52,555 bases of DNA. Source: Wenzhouxiangella sp. (GTDB lineage Bacteria; Pseudomonadota; Gammaproteobacteria; Xanthomonadales; Wenzhouxiangellaceae). Shown in pieces: positions 1-9,586 of the stretch. The stretch's first letter is position 1. The number at the start of each line of letters is the position of its first letter. The stretch is from contig SLQY01000098.1 of NCBI GenBank assembly GCA_007131235.1, forward strand, positions 1 to 52,555, read 5' to 3'. Position numbers and translations under genes: made by a program. The notes under the pieces were generated by a model. That model was not told the origin of the DNA. It did no database searches and was given only the letters and a program-made list of their open reading frames with translations.

Positions 1-2
1 GT

Positions 3-917
3 CTGGATCATCATCCAGCCCAGCAGGCCACCGCCGAGCAGCACCAGGGCCACGACCGAGGCTGCCAGGGCGCTGCGCACCCAGCCGGTGCCCTCATCCC
101 AGTCATCACCGGCAACTTCCCTGGCCGCGGCGTTGACGATATGACGATCGATTTTTTCCAGCTCATGGGCGTACCCGGCCATCAGGGCGCGATCGGCAAT
201 GATATTGATCAAGCGCGGTACGCCATCGGCGTTTCGGTACAGCGCTTTCATGGCATCGGTGCTGAACGGACAGCGCGGTGCCCCGGCCACGGCCAGGCGA
301 TGGCGCACATACTGCTCGGTTTCGGACTGGCTCAGCGGGTCCAGGTGGTAGCGGGCCGTAATCCGCTGGGCCAGCTGGCGAAGCTCCGGACGCGCCAGCA
401 ACAGCCGCAGCTCGGGCTGACCGAGCAGGATGATCTGGAGCAGCTTGTCGGTCGCCGTCTCGAGGTTGGTCAGAAGCCGAACCTGCTCCAGACACTCCCG
501 GCTCATATTTTGCGCTTCATCAATGATCAACACGACCCGCTCGCCCTCGGCATGACGTTCCAGCAGAAAGCGATTGAGCCGATCCTGCAGTTTTTGCAGG
601 CTTTGCCCGGCACCACGCACGCTGATTTCGAGTTCGAGGCAAATCGCCCGCAGCAGCTCAGGCGGTGCCAGCATGGGGTTCAGGATCAGTGCCACCCGGG
701 TCTTGTCGGGCACTTGCTCCAGGACAAGACGGCATAGCGTGGTCTTGCCGGTTCCGACTTCGCCGGTGAGCTGGACAAAGCCTCCGCTGCCGCCGCGACC
801 GACCCCGAACAGCAGATGAGCCAGGGCGTCCTGATGGCGCTGACTCAAATAGACAAAGCGCGGGTTCGGGGTAATCGAAAAGGGGCGCTCTTCCAGACCG
901 TAGAAGTTCTCGTACAT
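3..917 (-). CDS. ExeA/GspA-family AAA ATPase (type II secretion accessory protein A), 3' end runs off the window
   Basis: Not in the ORF track. Manual translation from ATG at 917 gives MYENFYGLEERPFSITPNPRFVYLS..., Walker A GEVGTGKTT, Walker B LIIDEAQN, then LLTNLET..KLLQIILLGQPEL and LINIIADRALMAGYA, all typical of ExeA. Confidence 0.88.
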   Translation of the reverse strand, partial: MYENFYGLEERPFSITPNPRFVYLSQRHQDALAHLLFGVGRGGSGGFVQLTGEVGTGKTTLCRLVLEQVPDKTRVALILNPMLAPPELLRAICLELEISVRGAGQSLQKLQDRLNRFLLERHAEGERVVLIIDEAQNMSRECLEQVRLLTNLETATDKLLQIILLGQPELRLLLARPELRQLAQRITARYHLDPLSQSETEQYVRHRLAVAGAPRCPFSTDAMKALYRNADGVPRLINIIADRALMAGYAHELEKIDRHIVNAAAREVAGDDWDEGTGWVRSALAASVVALVLLGGGLLGWMMIQ

Positions 918-982
918 ACGGGTTACAGCCGCTTTTCCCGGCTGGCGATCATCCTGTAATGGTCGGTTGCGCGCTTCATCTG

Positions 983-3900
983 TCAGTCTGACAACGCCAA
1001 CAGCGATGCGTTGCCACCCACTGCCGCGGTATTGACGGTCAGGGTCCGCTCCGTGCACATCCGCAGCAGGTAGTGCGGCCCGCCAGCCTTGGGGCCGGTG
1101 CCGGAAAGACCCTCCCCGCCGAAGGGTTGAACGCCGACCACGGCACCGGTCATGTTGCGATTGATGTAGGCGTTGCCGACCCGAACACGACTGGCGATGT
1201 AGTCCTGAACTCGATCGATACGGCTGTGAACGCCCAGGGTCAGACCGAAGCCGGTGCCGTTGATGGCATCGATCAGGCTGTCGAGCTGCTTGCTACGGTA
1301 GCGCAGCACATGCAGAACAGGGCCGAAAACCTCGCCCTCGAGTCGCGCCATACCATCGATTTCGTAGGCACAGGGGGCAAACCAGTGTCCAGCCGGGAGA
1401 TCATCGGGCAGGACTGCTCGCGCTACCAGTTTCGCTTCCCGGTCCATGCGTTCGACATGCTCGCTCAGCATGCGATGCTGGGCCGGATCAATGACCGGAC
1501 CGATATCGGTGGCCAACAGGCCCGGATCACCGACGCGCAACTCGCGCATGGCGCCGGCCAGCATGGTCAGCACGTGATCGGCGATATCGGCCTGCACACA
1601 CAGTATGCGCAAGGCGGAGCAACGCTGGCCAGCGCTGAGAAAGGCCGACTGTATGACATCGCGAACCACCTGCTCCGGCAGAGCGGAGGAATCAACGATC
1701 ATCGCGTTCTGCCCCCCGGTTTCGGCGATCAGGGTGGCCAGCGGCGCATCGCGTTCGGCCAGGCTGCGATTGATGGCTCTTGCCGTGGCAGTCGACCCGG
1801 TAAAGGCTACCCCGGCCACGCGCGGGTCACGGGTCAAGGCCGCGCCGGTTTCACCGCCGCCCGGCAGGCAGAACAGGACGTCATCGGGAATACCGGCAGC
1901 ACGCATCAGTTCGACGGCGCGATGGGCGATCAGCGGCGTCTGCTCGGCCGGCTTGGCGATCACCGTATTGCCGGTGACCAGGGCCGCCACCACCTGGCCG
2001 GTGAAGATCGCCAGCGGGAAGTTCCAGGGACTGATGCAGACGAAAACGCCCTTGCCATGCAGGCTGACCTGGTTACGCTCGCCAGTGGGTCCGGTCAGAA
2101 CCTCCGGCGCGGCCATGGCCTGGCGCGCCCGGGCGGCGTAGTAGCGGCAGAAATCGGCGGCTTCACGAACTTCTGCAATGCCGTCCTTGAGCGTCTTGCC
2201 GGCCTCTCGCACACACAGCGCCATCAACTCGGCGCGGTTGGCCTCGATGGCATCGGCAACCCGGTCGATCATGTCAGCACGATCCATCACGCCGCGCCTG
2301 TCCCAGGCCGGCTGGGCTGCGCTGGCGGCACCGATCACCGCGCCAACACAGTCTGAATCAGTCACGGTCACCGAACCCGCCTCACGGCCGGTATTGGCAG
2401 GCTGGGGCAAGCTGGACCTGGTACCACCGCGTACGCAAGTGCCCCCCAGGGGCGCCGCCTGCCAGGTTTGGGAAGCGAACAGATCCAGCTCTGACTTCAG
2501 TTCACGGACCTGCGGCTCATCGGCAAAATTGATACCTGCCGAGTTGCGCCGATCTTCGCCATACAGGTCGCGTGGTTTGGGAATTTTCGGATGGCGGATC
2601 GAGGTCAGTGCCTGGATTTGGGCGATCGGGTCATTGACAACTTCCTCGGGCGGCAGCTTCTCATCAACGATGCGATTGACGAAAGAAGTGTTGGCTCCGT
2701 TCTCGAGCAGGCGACGAACCAGGTAAGGCAGCAGATCCTTGTGATTACCGACCGGGGCATAGACCCGGCAGGCCGGGTTGTAGCTCTCGTTATCCAGCAC
2801 TTCCTCGTAGAGTTCGCGACCCATGCCGTGAAGACGCTGGTACTCGTAGTCGCGCCGGTCACCTGCCATTTCAGCGATCGCGGCAATGGTGTGGGCATTA
2901 TGCGTGGCGAACTGTGGATAAAAGGCATCGTCGAGCGCCAGCAGGCGGCGCGCGCAGGCCAGGTAAGAGATGTCTGTATTGCATTTGCGGGTAAACACCG
3001 GGTAATCGGCATGCCCTTCGACCTGGGCGAACTTGATCTCGGTGTCCCAGTATGCGCCCTTGACCAGACGCACCGGCACGCGGTGCCCGCTGCGCCGGGC
3101 CCGGTCGGCCAGCCAGCCGATCGCAGCCCAGGCCCTTTTCTGGTAGGCCTGCAAGGCCAGGCCCAGACCATCCCAGCCGTCCAGCGCGGGATCGCTGAGC
3201 ACCTGTTCGAACACCTTGAGCGACAGCGCCAGGCGTTCGGCCTCCTCGGCATCGACCGTCAGGGCAATTCCCTGCTCCCTGGCCAGCCGGGCCAGATCCA
3301 GCAGCACGGGAGCGAGTTCAGCCAGCACCCGGGTCTCCTTGGCATGCTCGTAGCGCGGATGCAGGGCCGACAGCTTGACCGAAATACTGGGGGCAGCAAA
3401 AACATCCTCCGGGTGCGGGCTGGTACCAATCGCCCGAATAGCGTCTTCATAGGCGCGACGGTAGCGATCAGCGTCGGCGCCGGTGAGCGCGGCCTCGCCA
3501 AGCATGTCAAAGGAATATCGGTAGCGCCGGTTGACCTTTTTCTGTGATCGGTCCAGGGCGGCCTTGATGTTCCGCCCCATCACGTATTGGTGGCCCATGA
3601 TGCGCATGGCCTGGCGGATGGCCAGACGAACCACGGGCTCCCCCGACTTGTTCGCTATGCGGGCCAGGGTAGCCCCGATATCGCGCTTGTGACTGCTACC
3701 GACCCGAACCAGCTTTCCGGTCAGCATCAGGCCCCAGGTTGAGGCATTGACAAACAGCGAGTCGCTCTTGCCGAGATGCGACTCCCAGTTGGCGTCAGAC
3801 AGCTTGTCGGAGATGAGTTTTTCGGCCGTATCGCTGTCGGGAATGCGCAACAGGGCCTCGGCCAGGCACATCAGGACCACGCCTTCCTCGGAAGACAGGT

Positions 3901-4141
3901 CATATTCGCGCATGAAGGCTTCCATCGCGCCGGCATCGCGACTGCGCTGACGCACCTGGCCGACCAGTTCCAGCGCCTTGGCCTGGATATTGGCGCGCGA
4001 TTTCTCATCGAGCTGGCACTGGTCGAGAAGGAATCGGACATGTTCGGTTTCATTGGCCGCCCACGCGGCCTCCAGCTCGGCGCTGAGACGATCTGGATTG
4101 CTGGACCGGTTGACGACAAATTCCTGACCCGAGGTAGTCAT
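983..4141 (-). CDS. putA: Bifunctional proline dehydrogenase / glutamate-semialdehyde (P5C) dehydrogenase
   Basis: Motifs SFDMLGE, VRLVKGAYWD, QFATHN, YLVRRLLENGAN, ISPWNFP, ETGGQN, SAGQRCS, EVFGP. Start set at the in-frame ATG 4141 (MTTSGQ). No N-terminal ribbon-helix-helix domain is visible. Confidence 0.95.
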   Translation of the reverse strand: MTTSGQEFVVNRSSNPDRLSAELEAAWAANETEHVRFLLDQCQLDEKSRANIQAKALELVGQVRQRSRDAGAMEAFMREYDLSSEEGVVLMCLAEALLRIPDSDTAEKLISDKLSDANWESHLGKSDSLFVNASTWGLMLTGKLVRVGSSHKRDIGATLARIANKSGEPVVRLAIRQAMRIMGHQYVMGRNIKAALDRSQKKVNRRYRYSFDMLGEAALTGADADRYRRAYEDAIRAIGTSPHPEDVFAAPSISVKLSALHPRYEHAKETRVLAELAPVLLDLARLAREQGIALTVDAEEAERLALSLKVFEQVLSDPALDGWDGLGLALQAYQKRAWAAIGWLADRARRSGHRVPVRLVKGAYWDTEIKFAQVEGHADYPVFTRKCNTDISYLACARRLLALDDAFYPQFATHNAHTIAAIAEMAGDRRDYEYQRLHGMGRELYEEVLDNESYNPACRVYAPVGNHKDLLPYLVRRLLENGANTSFVNRIVDEKLPPEEVVNDPIAQIQALTSIRHPKIPKPRDLYGEDRRNSAGINFADEPQVRELKSELDLFASQTWQAAPLGGTCVRGGTRSSLPQPANTGREAGSVTVTDSDCVGAVIGAASAAQPAWDRRGVMDRADMIDRVADAIEANRAELMALCVREAGKTLKDGIAEVREAADFCRYYAARARQAMAAPEVLTGPTGERNQVSLHGKGVFVCISPWNFPLAIFTGQVVAALVTGNTVIAKPAEQTPLIAHRAVELMRAAGIPDDVLFCLPGGGETGAALTRDPRVAGVAFTGSTATARAINRSLAERDAPLATLIAETGGQNAMIVDSSALPEQVVRDVIQSAFLSAGQRCSALRILCVQADIADHVLTMLAGAMRELRVGDPGLLATDIGPVIDPAQHRMLSEHVERMDREAKLVARAVLPDDLPAGHWFAPCAYEIDGMARLEGEVFGPVLHVLRYRSKQLDSLIDAINGTGFGLTLGVHSRIDRVQDYIASRVRVGNAYINRNMTGAVVGVQPFGGEGLSGTGPKAGGPHYLLRMCTERTLTVNTAAVGGNASLLALSD

Positions 4142-4295
4142 AATAACGTCCATGAACAAGTGGCTGACATTCAGAGCCGAAAGTGTAACGCAGGACACCG
4201 ACAAGGGCTGCAGGATACGGTTGTCGGGTGAACCGACCGCCAGCCGCAAGCGTCTGACTCAACCCGGCGAAAGAGCGCCGAGACATCAAAACCCT

Positions 4296-4325
4296 TTGCC
4301 GCCATATGTCCCCTTCGGCTACAAT
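4296..4325 (+). promoter_or_regulatory. Putative sigma70-type promoter for the DUF2244 gene (possibly also the cox operon)
   Basis: TTGCCG-N18-TACAAT about 40 nt upstream of the GTG at 4364. Confidence 0.45.
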
Positions 4326-4363
4326 AGCGGCTCATTCGCCGGGCCGTTCAAACACGGTTCTGA

Positions 4364-4867
4364 GTGAAAGTGATCAAAATCATGGACAACCCGGAAGCGC
4401 CGGGCAGCAGCATCATCGAGGCCAGGTCGAACCTGTCCATGTCCCTCGATCGGCTGGCCGGTTTTTTCCTGTTCATGAGCGCGGTGACGCTGCTGGTGGC
4501 GCTGTTTCCCCTGATCATGGGCCTTTGGCCGGTGGTCGTGATCGCAGTGATCCACCTGCTGATTGTCGGCTGGTGTCTGCGCCTGGCATGGCGTGGCAAC
4601 TGGGCGCGGGAACGCCTTCTGGTCGGACCGACGGAGCTGGTGGTAGAGCACTATGACCTGCGCCGCAAAAGCAGATTCTGCTGGCCCGCTGCCTGGGTCA
4701 GGGTGGAAGTGAATGAAGCGGCTTTTGGCGATTCCAGGGTGCTGCTGCGATGCAAGGGTGAAGCGCAGCAGATCGGCGCTTTTCTGCCCGTCAGCGAGCG
4801 TCTGGAGCTGGCCGAGGCTTTGAAGAATGGCCTCAAGGTCCATTCAGCTTGGCAGGCAAGCAGTTGA
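4364..4867 (+). CDS. DUF2244-like integral membrane protein
   Basis: NxSxS motif, two hydrophobic helices including GLWPV, WVRV and IGAFL...ER; this family commonly precedes coxB. Alternative start ATG 4382. Confidence 0.75.
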   Translation: MKVIKIMDNPEAPGSSIIEARSNLSMSLDRLAGFFLFMSAVTLLVALFPLIMGLWPVVVIAVIHLLIVGWCLRLAWRGNWARERLLVGPTELVVEHYDLRRKSRFCWPAAWVRVEVNEAAFGDSRVLLRCKGEAQQIGAFLPVSERLELAEALKNGLKVHSAWQASS

Positions 4868-4870
4868 AAA

Positions 4871-5156
4871 CCGGGGTTGATATCCCTGGCAAGCGGTTGC
4901 CCGGGCCCAGGCCCGAAACCACGGTTGGCAGCCGTGACAAGCAGTCGAGCGCGGAATGTTTCCGACGCTGGCGCGCAAGGCGGGGCTTGAATGCGTCGCG
5001 TTGCCGGATTATTAACGCGGCAATCAAATAGATTGCCGCGTTAATGCCCGGCCGGAACGGCCGGGACCGCGAAGCGAAGGCATTTGCGGACATGCGCCGC
5101 AAATGTCGTGCAACGAATACCGTAGGTATTTCGTTGCCGTGTTAATAATTACGACA
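4871..5156 (+). promoter_or_regulatory. Highly structured intergenic/leader region upstream of coxB (tandem hairpins)
   Basis: Consecutive inverted repeats at 4871-4889, 4902-4915, 4920-4936, 4948-4969, 5011-5045 (perfect 15 bp), 5047-5065 (perfect 8 bp), 5068-5076, 5081-5105 (perfect 9 bp) and 5110-5137. Confidence 0.6.
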
Positions 5157-5168
5157 GGTGATTCGAGG

Positions 5169-6326
5169 ATGAAGAGAACCAACGAACTGATCGTCGCCCT
5201 GGCCGTACTGGCCGCCATTGTTGTGGTGGTTTGGGGCGTTTTTGCCGTTGGCGACAATATGCCGCGCGGCGTCACCCCTTACAGCCAGGATGTTTACCAG
5301 CTTCACAACACCATTCTGGGCATTGTGACGGTGATCGGCGTGCTGGTCTTCACTGCCATGTTCACGTCGATTGTCGTTCACCGCAAGTCGAAGGGTTACA
5401 AGCCGGCCAGCTTCTCCCACTCAACCCAGGCCGAAATCATCTGGACGGCGATCCCGATTTTGATTCTCGTGGTCATGGCAGTGCCGGCCACCCGGGTTCT
5501 GATCGATATGGAGCAGACCGGCGGGGCGGAAATGAATATCCAGATAACCGGCTACCAGTGGTTGTGGAAATACGATTACCTGGAAGATGAAATCAGCTTC
5601 TTCTCAGCGCTGGATCGGGCCAGTAACCGGGCGCGACAGATTGGTTCGGGGATCAATCCGCGCGACGTCGAGAACTACCTGCTCGAAGTTGACAATCCCC
5701 TGGTCGTGCCGGTCAACACCCGCATTCGCTTCCTGCTGACGGCCGATGACGTGATTCACTCCTGGTGGGTACCGGACCTGGGCTGGAAGCGCGATGCCAT
5801 CCCCGGCATGGTCAACGAAGCCTGGACCTATATCGAGGAAGAAGGCATTTACCGCGGCCAATGCGCCGAGCTGTGCGGCAAGGACCACGGCTTCATGCCG
5901 ATCGTTGTCGAGGCGGTATCGCGCGAAGCGTATGACGCCTGGGTAGCCGATCAACGCCGCGGCATGGCTGAAGCCGCCCACGAGTCTGCTCGACTGTGGA
6001 CGCGTGCTGAACTGATGGACCACGGCGCCAATGTCTACCAGGCCCAGTGCGCGGCCTGTCACCAGCCCGACGGTAGCGGCTTGGAGCCGGCATTCCCGGC
6101 CCTGGCCCGCGACGGCCGTCCGACCGGCGAGCTGACCTCACACCTCGAGGTCGTGCTGAACGGACGGGAAGGCACGGCGATGACGGCCTTTGGCGGTCGG
6201 CTGCAGCCCGAAGATATCGCTGCTGCGCTGACCTACACGCGTAACGCCTGGAGCGAAGACGAGGGCGAAGTCGTCCAGCCGTCGACGATCGCTGAATTGA
6301 ACCAGGTCGAATTGAATCAGGGCTGA
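5169..6326 (+). CDS. coxB: Cytochrome c oxidase subunit II with fused C-terminal cytochrome c (caa3-type)
   Basis: [14 protein letters not shown], CuA ligands DVIHSWW and [13 protein letters not shown]-terminal heme-binding CAACH. ATG 5169 follows AGGTGA. Confidence 0.95.
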   Translation: MKRTNELIVALAVLAAIVVVVWGVFAVGDNMPRGVTPYSQDVYQLHNTILGIVTVIGVLVFTAMFTSIVVHRKSKGYKPASFSHSTQAEIIWTAIPILILVVMAVPATRVLIDMEQTGGAEMNIQITGYQWLWKYDYLEDEISFFSALDRASNRARQIGSGINPRDVENYLLEVDNPLVVPVNTRIRFLLTADDVIHSWWVPDLGWKRDAIPGMVNEAWTYIEEEGIYRGQCAELCGKDHGFMPIVVEAVSREAYDAWVADQRRGMAEAAHESARLWTRAELMDHGANVYQAQCAACHQPDGSGLEPAFPALARDGRPTGELTSHLEVVLNGREGTAMTAFGGRLQPEDIAAALTYTRNAWSEDEGEVVQPSTIAELNQVELNQG

Positions 6327-6364
6327 ATCTCAGCAAACGAGCAGGCCAAAGCAAGGATCCAACA

Positions 6365-7981
6365 ATGAGCCAAGACACAACCGCGCATCACGACGACCAT
6401 CATGACGCTCACCACCCAACGGGCCTGGCCCGCTGGTTGTTTTCGACCAATCACAAAGAGATCGGTACGATGTACCTGGTCTTCTCGCTGGCCATGTTCC
6501 TGGTCGGCGGGGCCATGGCGCTGATCATTCGAGCCGAGTTGTTTGCCCCGGGCCTGCAATTGGTCAATCCTGAATTCTTCAACCAGATGACCACCATGCA
6601 TGCGCTGGTGATGATCTTCGGCGCGGTCATGCCCGCGTTTGTCGGTTTGGCAAACTGGATGGTGCCGCTGATGATTGGCGCGCCGGACATGGCCCTGCCG
6701 CGCATGAACAACTGGTCATTCTGGATTCTGCCGTTTGCCTTTACCCTGTTGCTGGCGACCCTGTTCATGCCTTCTGGCGGTCCGTCATCCGGTTGGACGC
6801 TGTATCCGCCGCTCTCCCTGCAGGGTGGAAACAGCCTGGCATTCGTTATCCTCGCCATTCACCTGATGGGCATCTCGTCGATCATGGGTGCGATCAACAT
6901 CATTGCGACCATCCTCAACATGCGCGCGCCCGGCATGACCCTGTTGCGCATGCCGCTGTTCGTCTGGACCTGGCTGATCACCGCCTTCCTGCTGATTGCC
7001 GTGATGCCGGTGCTGGCCGGCGCGGTCACCATGCTCCTGACCGACCGCTTCTTCGGGACCAGTTTCTTCAACGCTGCCGGTGGTGGTGACCCGGTGTTGT
7101 ACCAGCATATTTTCTGGTTTTTCGGCCACCCCGAGGTCTATATCCTGATTCTGCCGGCATTCGGTATCGTCTCGGAAATCATTCCGACGTTCTCGCGCAA
7201 GCAGCTGTTTGGCTATACCTCCATGGTTTACGCCACTGCCTCGATTGCCTTCCTGTCATTCATCGTCTGGGCCCATCACATGTTCACCGTTGGCATGCCG
7301 CTGGGCGCGATGTTGTTTTTCATGTACGCCACGATGGTCATTGCCGTGCCGACCGGGGTGAAGATCTTTAACTGGGTGGCCACCATGTGGCGCGGTTCGA
7401 TGACTTTCGAAACACCCATGCTGTTTGCGCTCGGCTTCGTCGTGCTGTTCACGATTGGCGGTCTGTCCGGTCTGATGCTGGCCATCGTGCCAGCCAATTT
7501 CCAGTATCACGATACCTATTTCGTGGTTGCGCACTTCCACTACGTCCTGGTGACCGGTGCGGTGTTTGCCATCATGGCGGCGGTCTACTACTGGCTGCCG
7601 AAGTGGACCGGCCACATGTACAACGAGAAGCTGGGCAAGATCCATTTCTGGTGGTCAACCATCTGGGTCAACGTGTTGTTCTTCCCGCAGCACTACCTCG
7701 GCCTGGCCGGCATGCCACGTCGGATTCCCGACTATGCCGTGCAGTTCGCCGAGTTCAACATGATTTCGACGATTGGCGGCTTCATGTACGGCTTCGGCCA
7801 GCTGTTGTTCGTCTACATCATCTGGCAGTGTGTTCGCGGTGGTGAAAAGGCCACTGCGCAGGTCTGGGAAGGAGCACGCGGACTGGAGTGGACGGTCCCG
7901 TCACCGGCGCCACTGCACACCTTCGACACACCACCTTTGGTTGATGACAGTGTCGCCGTGCACAAGGACACATTGGCCTGA
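6365..7981 (+). CDS. coxA: Cytochrome c oxidase subunit I (A1-type)
   Basis: [41 protein letters not shown]. Confidence 0.97.
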   Translation: MSQDTTAHHDDHHDAHHPTGLARWLFSTNHKEIGTMYLVFSLAMFLVGGAMALIIRAELFAPGLQLVNPEFFNQMTTMHALVMIFGAVMPAFVGLANWMVPLMIGAPDMALPRMNNWSFWILPFAFTLLLATLFMPSGGPSSGWTLYPPLSLQGGNSLAFVILAIHLMGISSIMGAINIIATILNMRAPGMTLLRMPLFVWTWLITAFLLIAVMPVLAGAVTMLLTDRFFGTSFFNAAGGGDPVLYQHIFWFFGHPEVYILILPAFGIVSEIIPTFSRKQLFGYTSMVYATASIAFLSFIVWAHHMFTVGMPLGAMLFFMYATMVIAVPTGVKIFNWVATMWRGSMTFETPMLFALGFVVLFTIGGLSGLMLAIVPANFQYHDTYFVVAHFHYVLVTGAVFAIMAAVYYWLPKWTGHMYNEKLGKIHFWWSTIWVNVLFFPQHYLGLAGMPRRIPDYAVQFAEFNMISTIGGFMYGFGQLLFVYIIWQCVRGGEKATAQVWEGARGLEWTVPSPAPLHTFDTPPLVDDSVAVHKDTLA

Positions 7982-7995
7982 ACGGTTCAGAGCGG

Positions 7996-8130
7996 GTGAC
8001 TGAGAATAAACATGGCCGCGACGAACGTCGTCGCGGCGTGATACGCACGGCCACGATACTGCTCGTGATCGTTGTCGGAATCTACCTGTTTTTCGTCGGC
8101 CGCGGCGTCTTCAACTACTTCATGACATGA
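7996..8130 (+). CDS. Small (44 aa) single-pass membrane protein within the cox operon
   Basis: GTG start; translates to MTENKHGRDERRRGVIRTATILLVIVVGIYLFFVGRGVFNYFMT; its TGA overlaps the ctaG ATG (ATGA). Below the ORF-track length cutoff. Confidence 0.75.
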   Translation: MTENKHGRDERRRGVIRTATILLVIVVGIYLFFVGRGVFNYFMT

Positions 8131-8687
8131 GCGAGATGACCCGCAAGAAACCCTGGCAAACCGTCGCTGGACTGACCGTGATGGCCGTGGCCATGTTCGG
8201 TTTCGGCTACTTGCTGGTCCCCCTCTACGACAAATTTTGCGAAATCACCGGGATTGGAGGTCGCACGGCCGATACCGCTTACCAAGTCGAACTGAACGAT
8301 GAAATCGACTATGGACGCACGGTGCGGGTGCAATTCCTGGCGACGGTGAACTCTGCCCTGCCCTGGCGCTTCGAACCAACCGATCGTTTCATGGACGTGC
8401 ATCCGGGCAAGCTGTACGAGACCACCTATATCGCCTACAATCGCGCCGACCAGCCCGTGGTAGCCCAGGCCGTCCCCAGCGTGGCCCCCGGTCGAGCGGC
8501 ATTGTTTTTCAACAAGACCGAGTGCTTCTGCTTTACCGAGCAACTGCTCGGCGCGGGAGAGTCACGTGACATGCCGGTCCGTTTTGTTGTCGATCCGAAT
8601 CTGCCGGACCGGGTAGACCTGGTCACTCTGTCCTATATCATTTACAAAAACGATGAAGCCACCGCCGTGCTTGCCGCGGTGAATTGA
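8127..8687 (+). CDS. ctaG: Cytochrome c oxidase copper chaperone CtaG/Cox11
   Basis: VPLYDKFCEITG, QAVPSVAPG and the copper-binding KTECFCF motif. Confidence 0.95.
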   Translation: MSEMTRKKPWQTVAGLTVMAVAMFGFGYLLVPLYDKFCEITGIGGRTADTAYQVELNDEIDYGRTVRVQFLATVNSALPWRFEPTDRFMDVHPGKLYETTYIAYNRADQPVVAQAVPSVAPGRAALFFNKTECFCFTEQLLGAGESRDMPVRFVVDPNLPDRVDLVTLSYIIYKNDEATAVLAAVN

Positions 8688-8708
8688 TAGCAAGGGAGCT
8701 TTCACGAC

Positions 8709-9569
8709 ATGGCACACAGCAGCTACTACGTACCGCATACGGCCAAGTGGCCGATCGTTGGATCGGTCGGACTGTTCATCTTCATGGTGGGGGCGGCCAA
8801 CTGGCTGAACCAGGGGCCGACCGGACCCTGGTTGTTTGCCCTTGGAGCCGCCATCATCCTGGTGATGATTTTCGGCTGGTTTGCCGATGTGATTCGGGAA
8901 TCACAGGGTGGCCTCTACAACCAAGCGGTAGATATTTCGTTCCGCCACGGAATGATCTGGTTCATCTTCTCGGAAGTCATGTTCTTTGCCGCATTCTTCG
9001 GCGCCCTGTTCTATGCCCGGGTTCTTTCCGTGCCGTGGCTGGGTGGGGAAGGCACCGGTGCCATGACCAATGCGCTGCTTTATCCCGGCTTCGAGGCCGT
9101 CTGGCCCACCCATGGCCCGGCCGCACTGGGCGGCGACTTTCAAACCATTCCGGGTTTTGGCCTGCCCTTGCTCAATACACTCATCCTGCTGACGTCAGGC
9201 GTCACCATCACGCTTGCTCATTGGGCCCTGAAGCGCGCCCAGCGCGGTGCCCTGGTGTTCTGGATGGTGGCAACCATCGTTCTGGCCTTGATCTTTCTCA
9301 GCATCCAGAGCTATGAGTACGTTCACGCTTATCGTGACCTGGGCCTGACCCTGGGCTCGGGAATCTATGGCTCGACCTTTTTCATGCTGACCGGCTTTCA
9401 CGGCCTGCACGTGATTATCGGCACGCTGATGTTGATCGTGATCACCATACGCTGCGCCTTTGGCCATTTCAGCAAGAAGAATCATTTCGGCTTCGAAGCG
9501 GCTGCCTGGTACTGGCATTTCGTTGACGTGGTCTGGCTAGGTCTGTTCATCTTCGTCTACGTCATCTGA
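8709..9569 (+). CDS. coxC: Cytochrome c oxidase subunit III
   Basis: FIFSEVMFF, LTGFHGLHV, AAWYWHFVDVVW. Confidence 0.96.
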   Translation: MAHSSYYVPHTAKWPIVGSVGLFIFMVGAANWLNQGPTGPWLFALGAAIILVMIFGWFADVIRESQGGLYNQAVDISFRHGMIWFIFSEVMFFAAFFGALFYARVLSVPWLGGEGTGAMTNALLYPGFEAVWPTHGPAALGGDFQTIPGFGLPLLNTLILLTSGVTITLAHWALKRAQRGALVFWMVATIVLALIFLSIQSYEYVHAYRDLGLTLGSGIYGSTFFMLTGFHGLHVIIGTLMLIVITIRCAFGHFSKKNHFGFEAAAWYWHFVDVVWLGLFIFVYVI

Positions 9570-9586
9570 CCAGCGACCCCATCGCG

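Noticed and set aside
1073-3547. Long plus-strand ORFs antisense to putA (427 and 318 aa)
   Set aside because: Shadow ORFs caused by GC-rich codon usage; no recognisable motifs.
4871-5137. CRISPR array, tRNA or integron attC interpretation of the hairpin run
   Set aside because: The hairpins differ in sequence and length, there is no repeat-spacer periodicity or cloverleaf, and no cas or integrase gene is present.
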